The notes: generated from the sequence alone by a model not told the origin. Positions 1 through 13,214 are shown, numbered from the stretch's first letter. The stretch is DNA of 64,000 bases from Tubulanus polymorphus (GCF_964204645.1 NC_134032.1:15116275-15180274); one strand, 5' to 3'. Translations and numbers: made by a program.

Positions 1-1334
1 AAATCCAAATCCAACTCCAGCTCCAACTACTCATGAACTTTAAATAGAAGAATCTTTACAACTATTTATATCCGAAATGTGTCCGTAATTTGTCTCAATT
101 TTCTCATCTTTTCCACTAAAGTTCATCTATTCAAAAGTCAGAATCTATTCAAAAGCCAAAAATCGCTTGCTCCAACTTGTGAAATCCCAAATATCTCACT
201 TAGTTTATCAAAAAGGTAACAATACGTGAAAATGTTACGTGTGATATTTTAAATAATGCATCAAACGACCTGTGATACAACAGCACCAGGCTATAGACTC
301 AACAGCACCAGGCTATATTTTTCCAAAAAAGTTGTAGTAAAAAATACTAAAGTGATGAGAAACTATCGTGTTGATAATCAACATAATAAATCTATTCAAG
401 TGGGCTGAAAACCAAAATACCCTTTCCCACATTAAGCACACTTTCCTCTCCCATTTCTCCGACCATGCCCTACCCTATCCTTAACCCTGTACACAGGCCC
501 TACCCTACATAAACCAAACCAGCATCACTACTGTACCGCCCTCTACCAGCAACCTTTCAATCCATTATAATACACCCTACTGAACATACACACCGTACAC
601 TACCACATACACCCACCTCGACCAGTTCTACATCAAACTCATCATCGAATCCAACCACATCAAATAACCCTGCATCATCCAACTGACCTTACTGTATCAC
701 ATTACCCTATCCTACCCTAACTGTACACTACACCATACCCTGCCCCATTCCATACCCAAACCTCATACTCCTCATTCCCTCTATGAGTGAATAAGTAAAA
801 ATGTTATGATGTTGTAGTTACACGGATGGCAATGATTCTTATCGCTAATGAAGATGAGAGAACAAACATTCTTCAAACTGAGGAGGAATTAGTGAATAAA
901 TGACAGCAGTGTTACACAGTCAATGTTACATGTACATCAGTTATATCTCTATTAGACTGAAACAATGAGTGAAACTTCTACAGTTACAATCTGACACAAA
1001 TCAGACTGTGTCAGAAAACATTTTTACAATAGAAAACATTCTACAGCTTTTTCTATTTTCTATATTTCAAATGCTACTTATCTTGTTTCTTCTGCTTCAC
1101 TTGTGATGCTTTCACAGCTCCTGTACTACTCCTATGATGCTGCTCTTGCTACTCCTATGATGCTGCTCCTAAAAATGCTCCACCGTTGCCCGAATGGTAT
1201 TTCAAGCCGCGACGATAGTACGTGACATGACACCTGAAACAGAGAATATAATTTGATTTCACATCTGTTGATTGTAGACTATTCACAAATCACATACATC
1301 AGTTATAGACAATTGAATGAATCAGAAGAACCTT

Positions 1335-1429
1335 GGTTCATTCAGTGGTTCATTCAGTGGTTCATTCAGTGGTCCATTCAGTGGTCCATTCAGTGGTCCA
1401 TTCAGTGGTTCATTCAGTGGTTCATTCAG
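1335..1429. repeat. 12-bp tandem repeat (TTCATTCAGTGG) x~8
   Basis: Directly visible. Confidence 0.9.
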
Positions 1430-2441
1430 GTTATCATCAATTCAAAAGAAAGAGAATTAGCTAGAATTGTGATACAGGGAACACTCGGATATCAGACATG
1501 TTCAACGTGGCATATGGAAACATTTATGATAACCGCACGTTTCCTGTAACGTTCTCGTGACAGTCCTTCTGCTATACCTAAAATTAATAGTGTTTGATTG
1601 CTGCTCATTGGAACACTCCGGTATCAGACGTGTTTTAATCACAATTCAGGAGGTGAAATTGAAACCACAGACACAGATGGTGGGCGCTGAGCGTTAACCT
1701 GTCAGCCCAAGAAATCATGTGCGATGCAATTTACTCCAATGAAGGGTTTGTCGACTAGCTACGAAAGTTGGCCCAGGCCGCAAACCCCACATTGGTCTAT
1801 ATCATTGCCCACAATTTCCGTTCAGCTAGTTCAGTTACTAGTCTATTTATCTAGCCAATCAGAAATCATAGGTGATGCAATAGACCAATGAAGGGTTTGT
1901 GTTGGCGTGAGCTTCAGCGGGAGGCAATTCACAGGAGCTCGTAAACTGGCTTGGATTCTATTTTCGGGTTTTTGATAATCTGGCGAGAATCGCGCTAAAT
2001 ATGAACAGTAAATAGATTCAAAATATGACAGAAATACCCTGTGTTGATATTGTTTGTTTTAATTAGGTATTTAATTAACAAATAACATCATGAGATACAA
2101 TCAAACTTGTTCATATCGTTTATCTATAAAGTTACGATAAACAATTGGTCGTTAATGATCAGTATCAGGCGGTCGTGACGCTTACTTTATAAAAAACAAG
2201 GGATGAAATGTTTTTGAATGTGACCGTATTGATATTGATTGTAAAGCTGAGATATGGCGTCTCAACACATGGATTTGAATTCATTCAGTGAGGATGCTTC
2301 GATTAAAGTTAGGCCAGTTTGCTGATTAAATCTATTTTAGTTTCGCATTTCACATATTTCCTTCATTTTTTATGTATCTCTTGGTGGACAGATCGACTTC
2401 CACGATCTTCACACAACAGTCCGTCGAGAGTAGGGTACGAG

Positions 2442-3288
2442 CACAGGCACTCGCCGATGGGCTTGGGATACAGTTGCTGGGGTTTTTGATAGTGTATTTG
2501 TGTTTTGAGTGGTTATTCTGCAATAAATCCGAGAAAAAACGTCTTGGTACTGATACGTTTATAAAGATAATGGCTGCTGGCTCCACACACGGCGACCTCA
2601 CAAAATACTGAACAAACTTCGTTTTTCAATCTAAAATCAAAACTTTTATTTTATATGACACTTACTAGTGATATGACAGTTATATATCCTATTATTCCAT
2701 CCAATTGTGAGACACTGTCAATTTGTGAAACGTCTTTAGTAATATAAAAGAAAAGGTAGTTGACGAAGCGTGAGCGTATAGGAAAAACTTTACAGGCGTT
2801 GAGACGGCAACACTAGGTCACCGAACGTCGTTCAACCGCTGAGTGACGTCATAACGAAATCCCGCTTTATTTGAATATAGAAGGGGAATACTTGTAGCAG
2901 GTGCCCGTGTGACCTAGTGTTGCCGTCTCAACGCCTGTAAAGTTTTTCCTATACGCTCACGCTTCGTCAACTACCTTTTCTTTTATATTACTAAAGACGT
3001 TTCACAAATTGACAGTGTCTCACAGTCGGATGGAATAATAGGATATATAACTGTCATATCACTAGTAAGTGTCATATAAAATAAAAGTTTTGATTTTAGA
3101 TTGAAAAACGAAGTTTGTTCAGTATTTTGTGAGATCGCCGTGTGTGGAGCCAGCGGCCATTATCTTTTTAAACGTATCAGTACCAAGACATTTCTTCTCG
3201 GATTTATTGCAGAATAACCACTCAAAACACAAATACACTATCAAAAACCCCAGCAACTGTATCCCAAGCCCATCGGCGAGTGCCTGTG
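2442..3288. mobile_element. Non-autonomous foldback DNA transposon, P/Galileo-like
   Basis: 380-bp near-perfect inverted arms 2442-2821 and 2909-3288 with CAC...GTG termini, an 87-bp spacer, and a 7-bp direct repeat GTACGAG at 2435-2441 and 3289-3295. Confidence 0.85.
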
Positions 3289-3833
3289 GTACGAGAGTTT
3301 ATATTTGAATTGAATTTGCTCGAATAACACATTTGAACGGCTTTAATTTCTATTTTCGAGTAGATTTGATAAACAAACAGTAACAAATAAATGAGACTTT
3401 TTTCACTTACAGTTGCCATTGAGCTAATAAATCTCAAATTGAACTTGACAAAGCGCTGATGTGGTCCAAAATAGTTAGTGAATTATTCATTTATTTACAA
3501 TCGATCAATAGCCGCCATCTTGAAAATATATGCAAATGAGCAGAATCGGAATGAGGCATAAAGGCGGATCCGGACGTACACTCGGACGATCTGTCTCCCT
3601 CTGGGAAAAAACCTGTAGCAAGTATGAAGCTTGATTTCTTCTCCAGAATTGTGCCAAATTTATATTAAATTTTTTACAATGTGCTAAATCTGATCAACCA
3701 TCGAACCCCAGACTGGACATCAGAAAACTAGGTTCACCACATCTTCACCCGTCAAGGGATTCGAACTCATTAAGCTAAAGCCCGTTCCCCTGATAGGAAG
3801 CGAGTTCGGGAGCGATGCCGGGCCCCTGGCAAC

Positions 3834-3983
3834 CTGGGCCAATTTGGGTTTCGTAGCTAGTCGACTAATGGTCGGAACCGAATGCGCTTAATTTCCGAAC
3901 GCTTTCCGGACTATAGTTCCGACTAAGTGACATTCGGTTTCGACTAACGCCGATAACCAAAGTTGGCCCTGGCAAGCGAGGAT
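3834..3983 (+). mobile_element. Short MITE-like element (PIF/Harbinger-like, CTG-GGCCAA...TTGGCC-CTG)
   Basis: Short TIRs flanked by CTG; a diverged reverse-complement copy lies at ~58640-58804 and a related fragment at ~1750-1776. Confidence 0.6.
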
Positions 3984-4539
3984 GACCAATCACAGAATGA
4001 GGGTTAGATAATTATAGAGGTCCTAGATATTGAGTAAAAGGAGCGTTAATTAAAAAGCCGACTTAAATTCCTGATATCCCACAGTCATTTAGAAAAAAGA
4101 TCGATAGTATCAACCTTTATTTCCTCCAATCACTTTTTGTAATCCTCATGAAATGAGTGTGGTTCATCTGTCAAAGATATTGTGAAGAAAAGGCATGTCA
4201 CAAGGAATGAGTATGTCATCTTACTTAAACTAGAGGACCACTGAGGAACTGTGTGCTGAAATCAAATTCTTAAAATCCAGAACCTGAAAAATCCCTTCAT
4301 CAAAAACAAAATATTTATGAAATTCAACAATCATTTATTCAAGAACCTTTTACAACATTTTTTCACTCTGAGGTATTGTCACACAAATAAGAATTGAAAT
4401 TTATCAGAAATGACATTCTTTACAATAAACCATTGTTTTTTATATTTAACATAAATCAATTCAACTTATGAACAGAAACAAATTACTGCACTGATCAATT
4501 GAACATGTCACCTAAAAACAGAAATTCTACCAATTCATG

Positions 4540-5510
4540 AATCAAAACAACTTGTAACTTACCTAAACCTAAACCTGATTCAGAAGTAAAAACCTATTGA
4601 TTTAATCTCTGAAACCCAGAGATTAAAACATCAGATTTATACTTGTGAATCACGTCCTTAAAAAAGTTCTTGTGGATCAAGTTCAACAGTTATGAATTAT
4701 AACTGCCGAACCTGATCGCAGATTATGATTGGAAAACTTGATTCAAATTATCAATTTGAATCAAGTTTTTCCACCTTTTAATCAGTTTTAACAGAACACA
4801 ATAGGAACCATTTTTACCTTACCTAAACCTAAAGTGATCCAGAAGTAAAAACCTATTGATTTAATCTCTGAAACCCAGAAATTAAAACATCAGATTTATA
4901 CTTGTGAATCACCTTAAAACAGTTCTTAATAATTGTGGATTAAGTTCAACAGTTATGAATTATAACTGCCAAACTTGATCGCGGATTATCATTGGAAAAC
5001 TTGATCCAGATTATTAATTTGAATCAAGTTTTTCCACCCATTAATTAGTTTTAACAGAACACAATAGGAACAACTTACAACTTGTCAAAACCCAAAAGTG
5101 ATCCAGAAGTAAAAACCTATTGATTTAATCTCTGAAACTCAGAGATTAAATCATCAGATTTATACTTGTGAATCACGACCTGAAAACAGTTCTCAATATT
5201 CGTGGATTAAGTTCAACAGTTATGAATTATAACTGTTGAGCTTGATCGCGGATTATCATTGGAAAACTTGATTCAAATTATTAATTTGAATCAAGTGTTT
5301 CCACCCTTTAATCAGTCTTAACAGAACAAAATAGGAACCATTTTTAACTTACCTAAACCTAAAGTGATCCAGAAGTAAAACCTTTTGATTTAATATCTGA
5401 AACCCAGAGATTAAAACATCAGATTTACACTTGTGAATCACCTTAAATTCTTAAAAATCTCTGACAGAGTTCAACATTAATGAATTATAACTGTCAAACT
5501 TGATCAGAGA
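4540..5510. repeat. ~260-bp tandem repeat x~3.7 with internal hairpin
   Basis: cagaagtaaaaacctattgatttaatctctgaaac recurs at ~4581, 4840, 5104 and 5370. Confidence 0.85.
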
Positions 5511-5812
5511 TTTTCTGTAGACGAGTCTAAACACAACATAAAATCCTATAAATTTTGTTAACTTCAATATTTTCTATTTTTCATCCATTAATCATAAATT
5601 ACATGCATCTCATTATTTTCTCATTACAACCTAAACTCAATTCATTTACATTCAATCATTTCTTTACTCTTTTTTTCTAGTCTTTGTTGATTCTGTTGGA
5701 TGCGAACGAACGAAAGTCACCAATTATACTTAAACAGTTTCAACACCTTTAAACTCCTTCCACTTGATCCATTACGCGAATACACAACTTTTACAACTTC
5801 CAATCATTATGA

Positions 5813-6343
5813 AATTGCGGTTCTCAACACTGAATTACACTGGTCCGGTTCATCGTTTAATTGCGGTTCTCGACACTGAATTACACTGGTCCGGTTCATC
5901 GTTTAATTGCGGTTCTCGACACTGAATTACACTGGTCCGATTCATCGTTTAATTGCGGTTCTCGGCACTGAATTACACTGGTCCGATTCATCGTTTAATT
6001 GCGGTTCTGGACACTGAATTACACTGGTCCGGTTCATCGTTTAATTGCGGTTCTGGACACTGAATTACACTGGTCCGGTTCATCGTTTAATTGCAGTTCT
6101 CGACACTGAATTACACTGGTCCGGTTCATCGTTTAATTGCGGTTCTGGACACTGAATTACACTGGTCCGGTTCATCGTTTAATTGCAGTTCTCGACACTG
6201 AATTACACTGGTCCGGTTCATTGTTTAATTGCGGTTCTCAACAATGAATTACACTGGTCCGGTTTATCGTTTAATTGCGGTTGTGGACACTGAATTACAC
6301 TGGTCCGGTTCATCGTTTAATTGCGGTTCTCGGCACTGAATTA
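5813..6343. repeat. 46-bp minisatellite x~11.5
   Basis: Unit TTGCGGTTCTCGACACTGAATTACACTGGTCCGGTTCATCGTTTAA. Confidence 0.92.
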
Positions 6344-6573
6344 CGTGAAGTTCAGCCGAGTAATCACTGCGCATTGGTTTGCATAGAAATTGTTTTGAAC
6401 GGAACTGCACTGCATTGGTTCACACGGAATTCTACTGGTGTGAACAGAACTGTTTTCATGGTTTCAATCACATTGGTTCGATCTCAATAACTATCCTATA
6501 GATGCAAAGTGTTGGTTCAATGAAATAGCAGAGTCTTGATTTTTGCTGCATGTGTATCTCAACAAATGACAAA

Positions 6574-7227
6574 CTGAAAAGACAAAAAATAAACAACAAA
6601 TAAATAAAGATGTCAAAGTCAACTCACTTATTGAAAAAAAAGGCTTTCAAGAATTTCATAGAAAAACATGAGATAATTACCTGATTTGTTTGAGTGATGA
6701 TTTCTAAGCTGCAACTTGCGAACAATTCGTATCTGGTTATATCAGGAAGTCGCAATGAGATTTTCTTCAATCTACGCCGAATTAAGTCTTCAATATCTTA
6801 AGTAACATTGTAACAGTTTCTGACTATAACTGATCACAGCTAATTGAAAACTGAAAAGACAAAAAATAAACAATAAATGAATAAGATTCCAAAGTCATTT
6901 AATCGGAAAAACCAACGATAATAAATGATAGGCGATTTCATACAGAAATATAAGATAATTACCTGATTTGCTTGTCAGATGAATTCTATGTTGCCAGTTG
7001 TACGGACAATTTGTGAATAAATCTCTTAATATCAAAAAACCGCAATAAGATTTCTAACCGCTGAATAATGTCTGTTATCTTAACTACCGGTACCATTGTA
7101 ACAGCAAATTGAAAACTGAAAAGACAAAAATAAATGACAAATGAATAAAGATTTCAGAGTAAACTCATTAAATTTTAAAAACAAACGGGTAAAATAAGCG
7201 TTTCATACTAAAATATAAGATAATTAC
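6574..7227 (-). other. Three tandem homologous GT-AG introns (6574-6680, 6851-6962, 7116-7227) separating diverged ~150-170-nt exons
   Basis: Each intron reads CAAATCAG|gtaattatct ... tttttgtcttttcag|TTT on the minus strand; a fourth homolog lies at ~10612-10721. Confidence 0.55.
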
Positions 7228-7596
7228 CTGATTTGCTCGTGAGATGAACTGCAAGTCACCAGATGTTCTAAGTCTGCTGAAGCTGAGTATGGTTGGTATG
7301 TGAGTAGTGGATTTCATTCAGGAGCTGATTAATTACTGATTACTGCTTCCTCTGATGTTGTTGTTGTTGTTGTCGCTGATTCTGTCGTCTTTCTGTCGTC
7401 TTGTTGATTTACAATATATTTTTTTTTTACAATATTTTTTTTTCTTACATCACTTTTTTTCTTTCAAACAATAATTATTCTTCCTTTTAAATTTAAACAA
7501 TACCTTTTTTGATCAAACAATTTTTTTTAAATCGTTATTTTGATTATTTAGAAACTAGGAATTACTAAATTGAGACAATCAAATCTTGACAATTAG

Positions 7597-7826
7597 AGGT
7601 TTGGTTCCTGATATTCAAATCAAAGATTTTCTAATCTTCATAATTAACAGGTTTGATTCCTGATATTCAAATCAAAGATTTTCTAATCTTCATAATTAAC
7701 AGGTTTGATTCCTGATATTCAAATCAAAGATTTTCTAATCTTCATAATTAACAGGTTTGATTCCTGATATTCAAATCAAAGATTTTCTAATCTTCATAAT
7801 TAACAGGTTTGATTCCTGATATTCAA
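7597..7826. repeat. 52-bp minisatellite x~4.5
   Basis: Unit AGGTTTGATTCCTGATATTCAAATCAAAGATTTTCTAATCTTCATAATTAAC. Confidence 0.9.
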
Positions 7827-8009
7827 AAAACTTTTCATTCAAAATTCTTTCAATGTTCATAATTAGAAGTTTAGCTCCTGATTTTTTAATCAAGGCATTT
7901 AAATCTGACAATTGACAATTGACAGGTTTGATTCCTGATTTTTAACCGACGCAGTTTTCTCAAATGTGTCTCGAGACAAAGTAGATTTAACTGCAGCCTC
8001 GAGTCAATG

Positions 8010-8870
8010 ATGAACTTTGGTAAGTTCTTTCAAGTACGTCTTACGATGAACAAAGAACTTTGAGAAGTTCTTTCAAACACATCTTACGATGAACAAAGAA
8101 CTTTGAGAAGTTCTTTCAAACACGTCTTGCGATGAACCAAGAACTTTGAGAAGTTCTTTCAAATACGTCTTAAGATGAACAAAGAACTCTGAGAAGTTCT
8201 TTCAAATACGTCTTACGATGAACAAAGAACTTTGAGAAGTTCTTTTAAATACGTCTTGCGATGAACCAAAAACTTTGAGAAGTTCTTTCAAATACGTCTC
8301 ACGTTGAACAAAGAACTTTGAGAAGTTCTTTTAAATACAGCTCTAGTTGAAGTAGATTAAACTATGGCTTGAGTCAAATCAAAACCTTCATACGAATACA
8401 TCTTATGACGAACAAAGAACTTTGAGAAGTTCATACAAATATGTCTTATGACAAATGAAGAACTTTGAGAAAATCTTTCAAGTCTGACTTTAGTCAAAGT
8501 AGATTTAAATGTGGTGCGAGTCAAATAATGAACTTTGAGATGTTCATTCATGTCTTATGACAAAGAACTTTGAGAAGGTCTATCGAATCGGACTTTAGTC
8601 GAAGTAGATTTAAATGCAGGCGCGAGTCAAATAATGAACTTTAAAAAGTTCATTCCACTTTATCTTACAACAACTTTCAGAAGTTCTTTCAAATCCAACT
8701 GCAGATCGACTTCAGTAATAAACTTTGAGAAGTTCATTCAAGTATGTTGTGGGCGGCTCGAGTCAAATAAAGAACTTTGAGGTGTTCATCTTTTAAGAAT
8801 TTCTTCCAAATCAATGAACTAAGAACTTACGCGAGTCAAATTTTGACTCTAAGAAGTTCTTTCCAAATGT
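8010..8870. repeat. 43-bp minisatellite, degenerating rightward
   Basis: Unit GAACAAAGAACTTTGAGAAGTTCTTTCAAATACGTCTTACGAT with an AAGAACTT/AAGTTCTT palindrome. Confidence 0.85.
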
Positions 8871-9169
8871 AGTCCGAGACAAATTTCTCCCAAGATTTTC
8901 AAACACTTGGTTAAATGACTTTTTTCCTATATGTATGGCTTCAATTAAATGATCTAATATTTCATCTTATATCATATCATCCTCAGGTGGAATAACTGTT
9001 GCAAGGTTCCCAAAATCTCATCTACATCTAGATTTTTCAATAAGCAATAACATTTCAATCTACCTGAGAACTCATCTGGAAGTGGCTGACATATGCCAGA
9101 AAACACTTCTTAATCTGATAAACACAGCAAGTTAAGCAAAAACATACATGGCTTCCAATAAACTTTTGA

Positions 9170-9986
9170 GTTTCAGATAAGTTTCAGATTCAAGAGATCG
9201 ATGTTTAAGTTTCAGATTCAACAGCTCGATGTTTGAGTTTCAGATTCAACAGCTCGATGTTTAAGTTTCAGATTCAACAGCTCGATGTTTAAGTTTCAGA
9301 TTCAACAGCTCGATGTTTAAGTTTCAGATTCAACAGATCGATGTTTGAGTTTCAGATTCAACAGATTGATGTTTAAGTTTCAGATTCAACAGATCGATGG
9401 TTAAGTTTCAGATTCAACAGATCGATGTTTAAGTTTCAGATTCAACAGCTCGATGTTTAAGTTTCAGATTCAACAGCTCGATGTTTAAGTTTCAGATTCA
9501 ACAGATCGATGTTTGAGTTTCAGATTCAACAGATTGATGTTTAAGTTTCAGATTCAACAGATCGATGGTTAAGTTTCAGATTCAACAGATCGATGTTTAA
9601 GTTTCAGATTCAACAGATCGATGTTTAAGTTTCAGATTCAACAGATCGATGTTTAAGTTTCAGATTCAACAGCTCGATGTTTAAGTTTCAGATTCAACAG
9701 ATCGATGTTTAAGTTTCAGATTCAACAGATCGATGTTTAAGTTTCAGATTCAACAGCTCGATGTTTAAGTTTCAGATTCAACAGATCGATGTTTGAGTTT
9801 CAGATTCAACAGATCGATGTTTAAGTTTCAGATTCAACAGCTCGATGGTTAAGTTTCAGATTCAACAGCTCGATGTTTAAGTTTCAGATTCAACAGATCG
9901 ATGGTTAAGTTTCAGATTCAACAGCTCGATGTTTAAGTTTCAGATTCAACAGATCGATGGTTAAGTTTCAGATTCAACAGCTCGAT
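9170..9986. repeat. 28-bp minisatellite x~29
   Basis: Unit AAGTTTCAGATTCAACAGMTCGATGTTT. Confidence 0.95.
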
Positions 9987-10742
9987 TCAGAACTGATGTT
10001 TAATTAATTTCAAATTTTCAAACAGATGCCAGAATTAATTGATAAAGATGCAGAAGTGGTGAAGTGTGAATGGTGTAGTGCAGGTGCAAGTCGGCGCCTT
10101 GTGCAATAAATACGTGAAGTGAAGATGTGCATGAATCAACTTTCTTCTGGCATCTTTCCAACAGCAGTATCTACCAAATTATAGATCACCTAATCAATAG
10201 TAAGAGGATGAGCAATTTCTAACACAAAAATCTCTTTCAAGATTTTTAAATCGCTTTTAAACCCTTGAAATTCATAATTAGTAATAATCTCTTTATATCA
10301 AGGTAACGATAATGAATCCTAACTTTCCTTGCAACAGTTATATTCCTAGAATATTTTGATTGAATTTGATGTATATACCAATAGATATGCAATTGATTCA
10401 AGGTGGAAACAATTGATCTCGTTTAACACGAATGGGGTGTAGGTTTTCGCCAGCTAATAGCTGTTTTGTAGCAGCATTTTGAGAGTCGATATTTGGCAGT
10501 CTCGGAGCAGCATTAACAAAACCGACCCTGCGCCACATGGTTATTCTTTGTTGTATGTGAGATGTATTTCGATAGTTGCGATTACACACGACGATCTGCG
10601 TAAATATAAAACTGAAACGACAAAGAAAATGACAAATAAATAACAATGTCAAAGTAAATTCATTTAATCGTTAAAACAAATATGTAAAATAAGTAATTTC
10701 ATACAGTAACAGCATAATTACCTGATTTGCATTGATTTGATC

Positions 10743-11295
10743 TGATGAGCTGCTGTTGGAGCTATTGAGTGACGAGGAGCTGTTGAGTGACGAGGAGCTG
10801 TTGAATGACGAGGAGCTGTTGAGTGACGAGGAGCTGTTGAGTGACGAGGAGCTGCTGCTGATTTTCTAAGAGGAGCTGTTGTCTGACGAGAAGCTGTTGA
10901 TTTTCGATGCAGAGCTGTTGATTTCCGATGAGGAGCTGTTGTGTGACGAGGAGCTGTTGTGTGACGAAGAGCTGTTGATTTCCGATGAGCAGCTGTTGAT
11001 TTCCGACGAGGAGTTGTTGTGTGACGAGGAGCTGTTGATTTCCGATGAGGAGCTGTTGATTTCCGATGAGGAGCTGTTGATTTCCGATGAGGAGCTGTTG
11101 TGTGACGAGGAGCTGTTGTGTGATGAGGAGCTATTGATTTCCGACGAGGAGCTGTTGTGTGACGAAGAGCTGTTGATTTCCGATGAGGAGCTGTTGATTT
11201 TCGATGAGGAACTGTTTATTTCCGATGAGGAGCTGTAGTGTGACGAGGAGCTGTTGTGTGACGAGGAGCTGTTGATTTCTGATGAGGAGCTGTTG
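10743..11295. repeat. Mixed 18/21-bp repeat (DEELL on +, NSSSS on -)
   Basis: Units GACGAGGAGCTGTTGTGT and GATGAGGAGCTGTTGATTTCC. Confidence 0.9.
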
Positions 11296-11467
11296 TAGAG
11301 TTCTTCAAAAACATACATAACGGCGACCAATATGTGACCAAAGTTCAATTTGTATAAATCATTATTTATCAATTATTTTATATTTCAATTTTGCAGTGCG
11401 TTATAATCTTGCCAACTGCATCTTACGACTGTTTGAGAACTTTAACTTTTCTTTTTCTTTTTTTTTA

Positions 11468-11854
11468 GATTCAATACCTCGATGTTTTAGTTCGAGATTC
11501 AATACCTCGATGATTCAGTTCGAGATTCAATACCTCGATGTTTCAGTTCGAGATTCAATACCTCGATGGTTTAGTTCGAGATTCAATACCTCGATGATTC
11601 AGTTCGAGATTCAATACTTCGATGTTTCAGTTCGAGATTCAATACCTCGATGGTTCAGTTCGAGATTCAATACCTCGATGTTTCAGTTCGAGATTCAATA
11701 CCTCGATATTTCAGTTTGAGACTCAATACCTCGATGTTTCAGTTCGAGATTCAATACTTCGATGTTTCAGTTCGAGATTCAATACCTTGATATTTCAGTT
11801 CGAGATTCAATACCTCGATGTTTCAGTTCGAGATTCAATACTTCGATGTTTCAG
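11468..11854. repeat. 28-bp minisatellite x~14, related to the 9170-9986 unit
   Basis: Unit AGTTCGAGATTCAATACCTCGATGTTTC. Confidence 0.92.
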
Positions 11855-12610
11855 TCGCACCCGCAAATAAATAAATTGGATGAGATTTTTAAAGATTTTA
11901 TAATTTTTTTTTCATTTTTGATTTTTTAGATTTTTTTGATGAATGACATGAATGGGTGCGATAGGAATCGCACCCGCAAATAAATAAATTGGATGTAATG
12001 AGATGAGATTTTTTAAGATTTTATAATTTTTTTTTCATTTTTGATTTTTTAGATTTTTTTGATGAATGACATGAATGGGTGCGATAGGAATCGCACCCGC
12101 AAATAAATTGGATGAAATGAGATGAGATTTTTTAAGATTTTATAATTTTTTCTTATTTTTGATTTTTTAGATTTTTTTGATGAATGACATGAATGGGTGC
12201 GATAGGAATCGCACCCGCAAATAAATTGGATGAAATGAGATGAGATTTTTTAAGATTTTATAATTTCTTTTTCATTTTTGATTTTTTAGATTTTTTTGAT
12301 GAATGACATGAATGGGTGCGATAGGAATCGCACCCGCAAATAAATTGGATGAAATGAGATGAGATTTTTTAAGATTTTATAATTTTTTTTAATTTTTTAT
12401 TTTTTAGATTTTTTTGATGAATGACATGAATGGGTGCGATAGGGATCGCACCCGCAAATAAATTGGATGAAATGAGATGAGATTTTTAAAGATTTTATAA
12501 TTTTTTTTTCATTTTTGATTTTTTAATTTTTTTGATGAATGACATGAATGGGTGCGATAGGGATCGCACCCGCAAATAAATAAATTGGATGAAATGAGAT
12601 GAGATTTTTT
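11855..12610. repeat. ~120-bp T-rich tandem repeat x~6.5
   Basis: GGGTGCGATAGGAATCGCACCC recurs about every 119-123 bp. Confidence 0.92.
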
Positions 12611-13214
12611 ATTTTTTATTAATTTTTTAAAAGTTAAATAAACCACCCCTGGGGTACACCGGCTAGGAAAGCAAGCGCCACCATACGGACGATGAGCTAA
12701 AGAAGGCAATCAAGGAGGAACCCTAAACTAACCCCAACCCCACCACCATCCCCCCGGCTTTGTACTGGTACAATTCCGGATTTAAGAAAATAAAAATCAA
12801 AAATAACATATACCACATTGAATAACACAACAACATGAGCCAACGCAATTTAAAATGAGGGCAGTTTAAAGTCATACCCAGGACAAATTTTAAAAGCAAA
12901 GTCGAATTAACCCTTTAAAGCCCAGACACTCTAGGAAACTTATCAAAGGAGAGTGTGTGATGGCACCTTTCCCATCACCTGCCTTTGATAAGCTCCCAGA
13001 GCGAGCACCTTTAGGAGCCAACGCCCAGTATGCTGGGCGGGAAACAGAAACGGGAAGTAAACAGGCCCAATTCCCGACCACCTTCATACTGGACGTTGAG
13101 TCAAAAAGGTGCTTTGGGCTTTAAAGAGTTAAATCGACACGCCTTAAAAATGAGTTAAAATCAGGGCAGTTTAAAGTCGTACCCAGGACGAATTCACCAG
13201 CCAAATCAAACCCA

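Noticed and set aside
3511-3537. YY1-like GCCGCCATCTTG plus octamer ATGCAAAT as an snRNA or gene promoter
   Set aside because: No recognisable snRNA or exon nearby; such motifs are common in repeat remnants.
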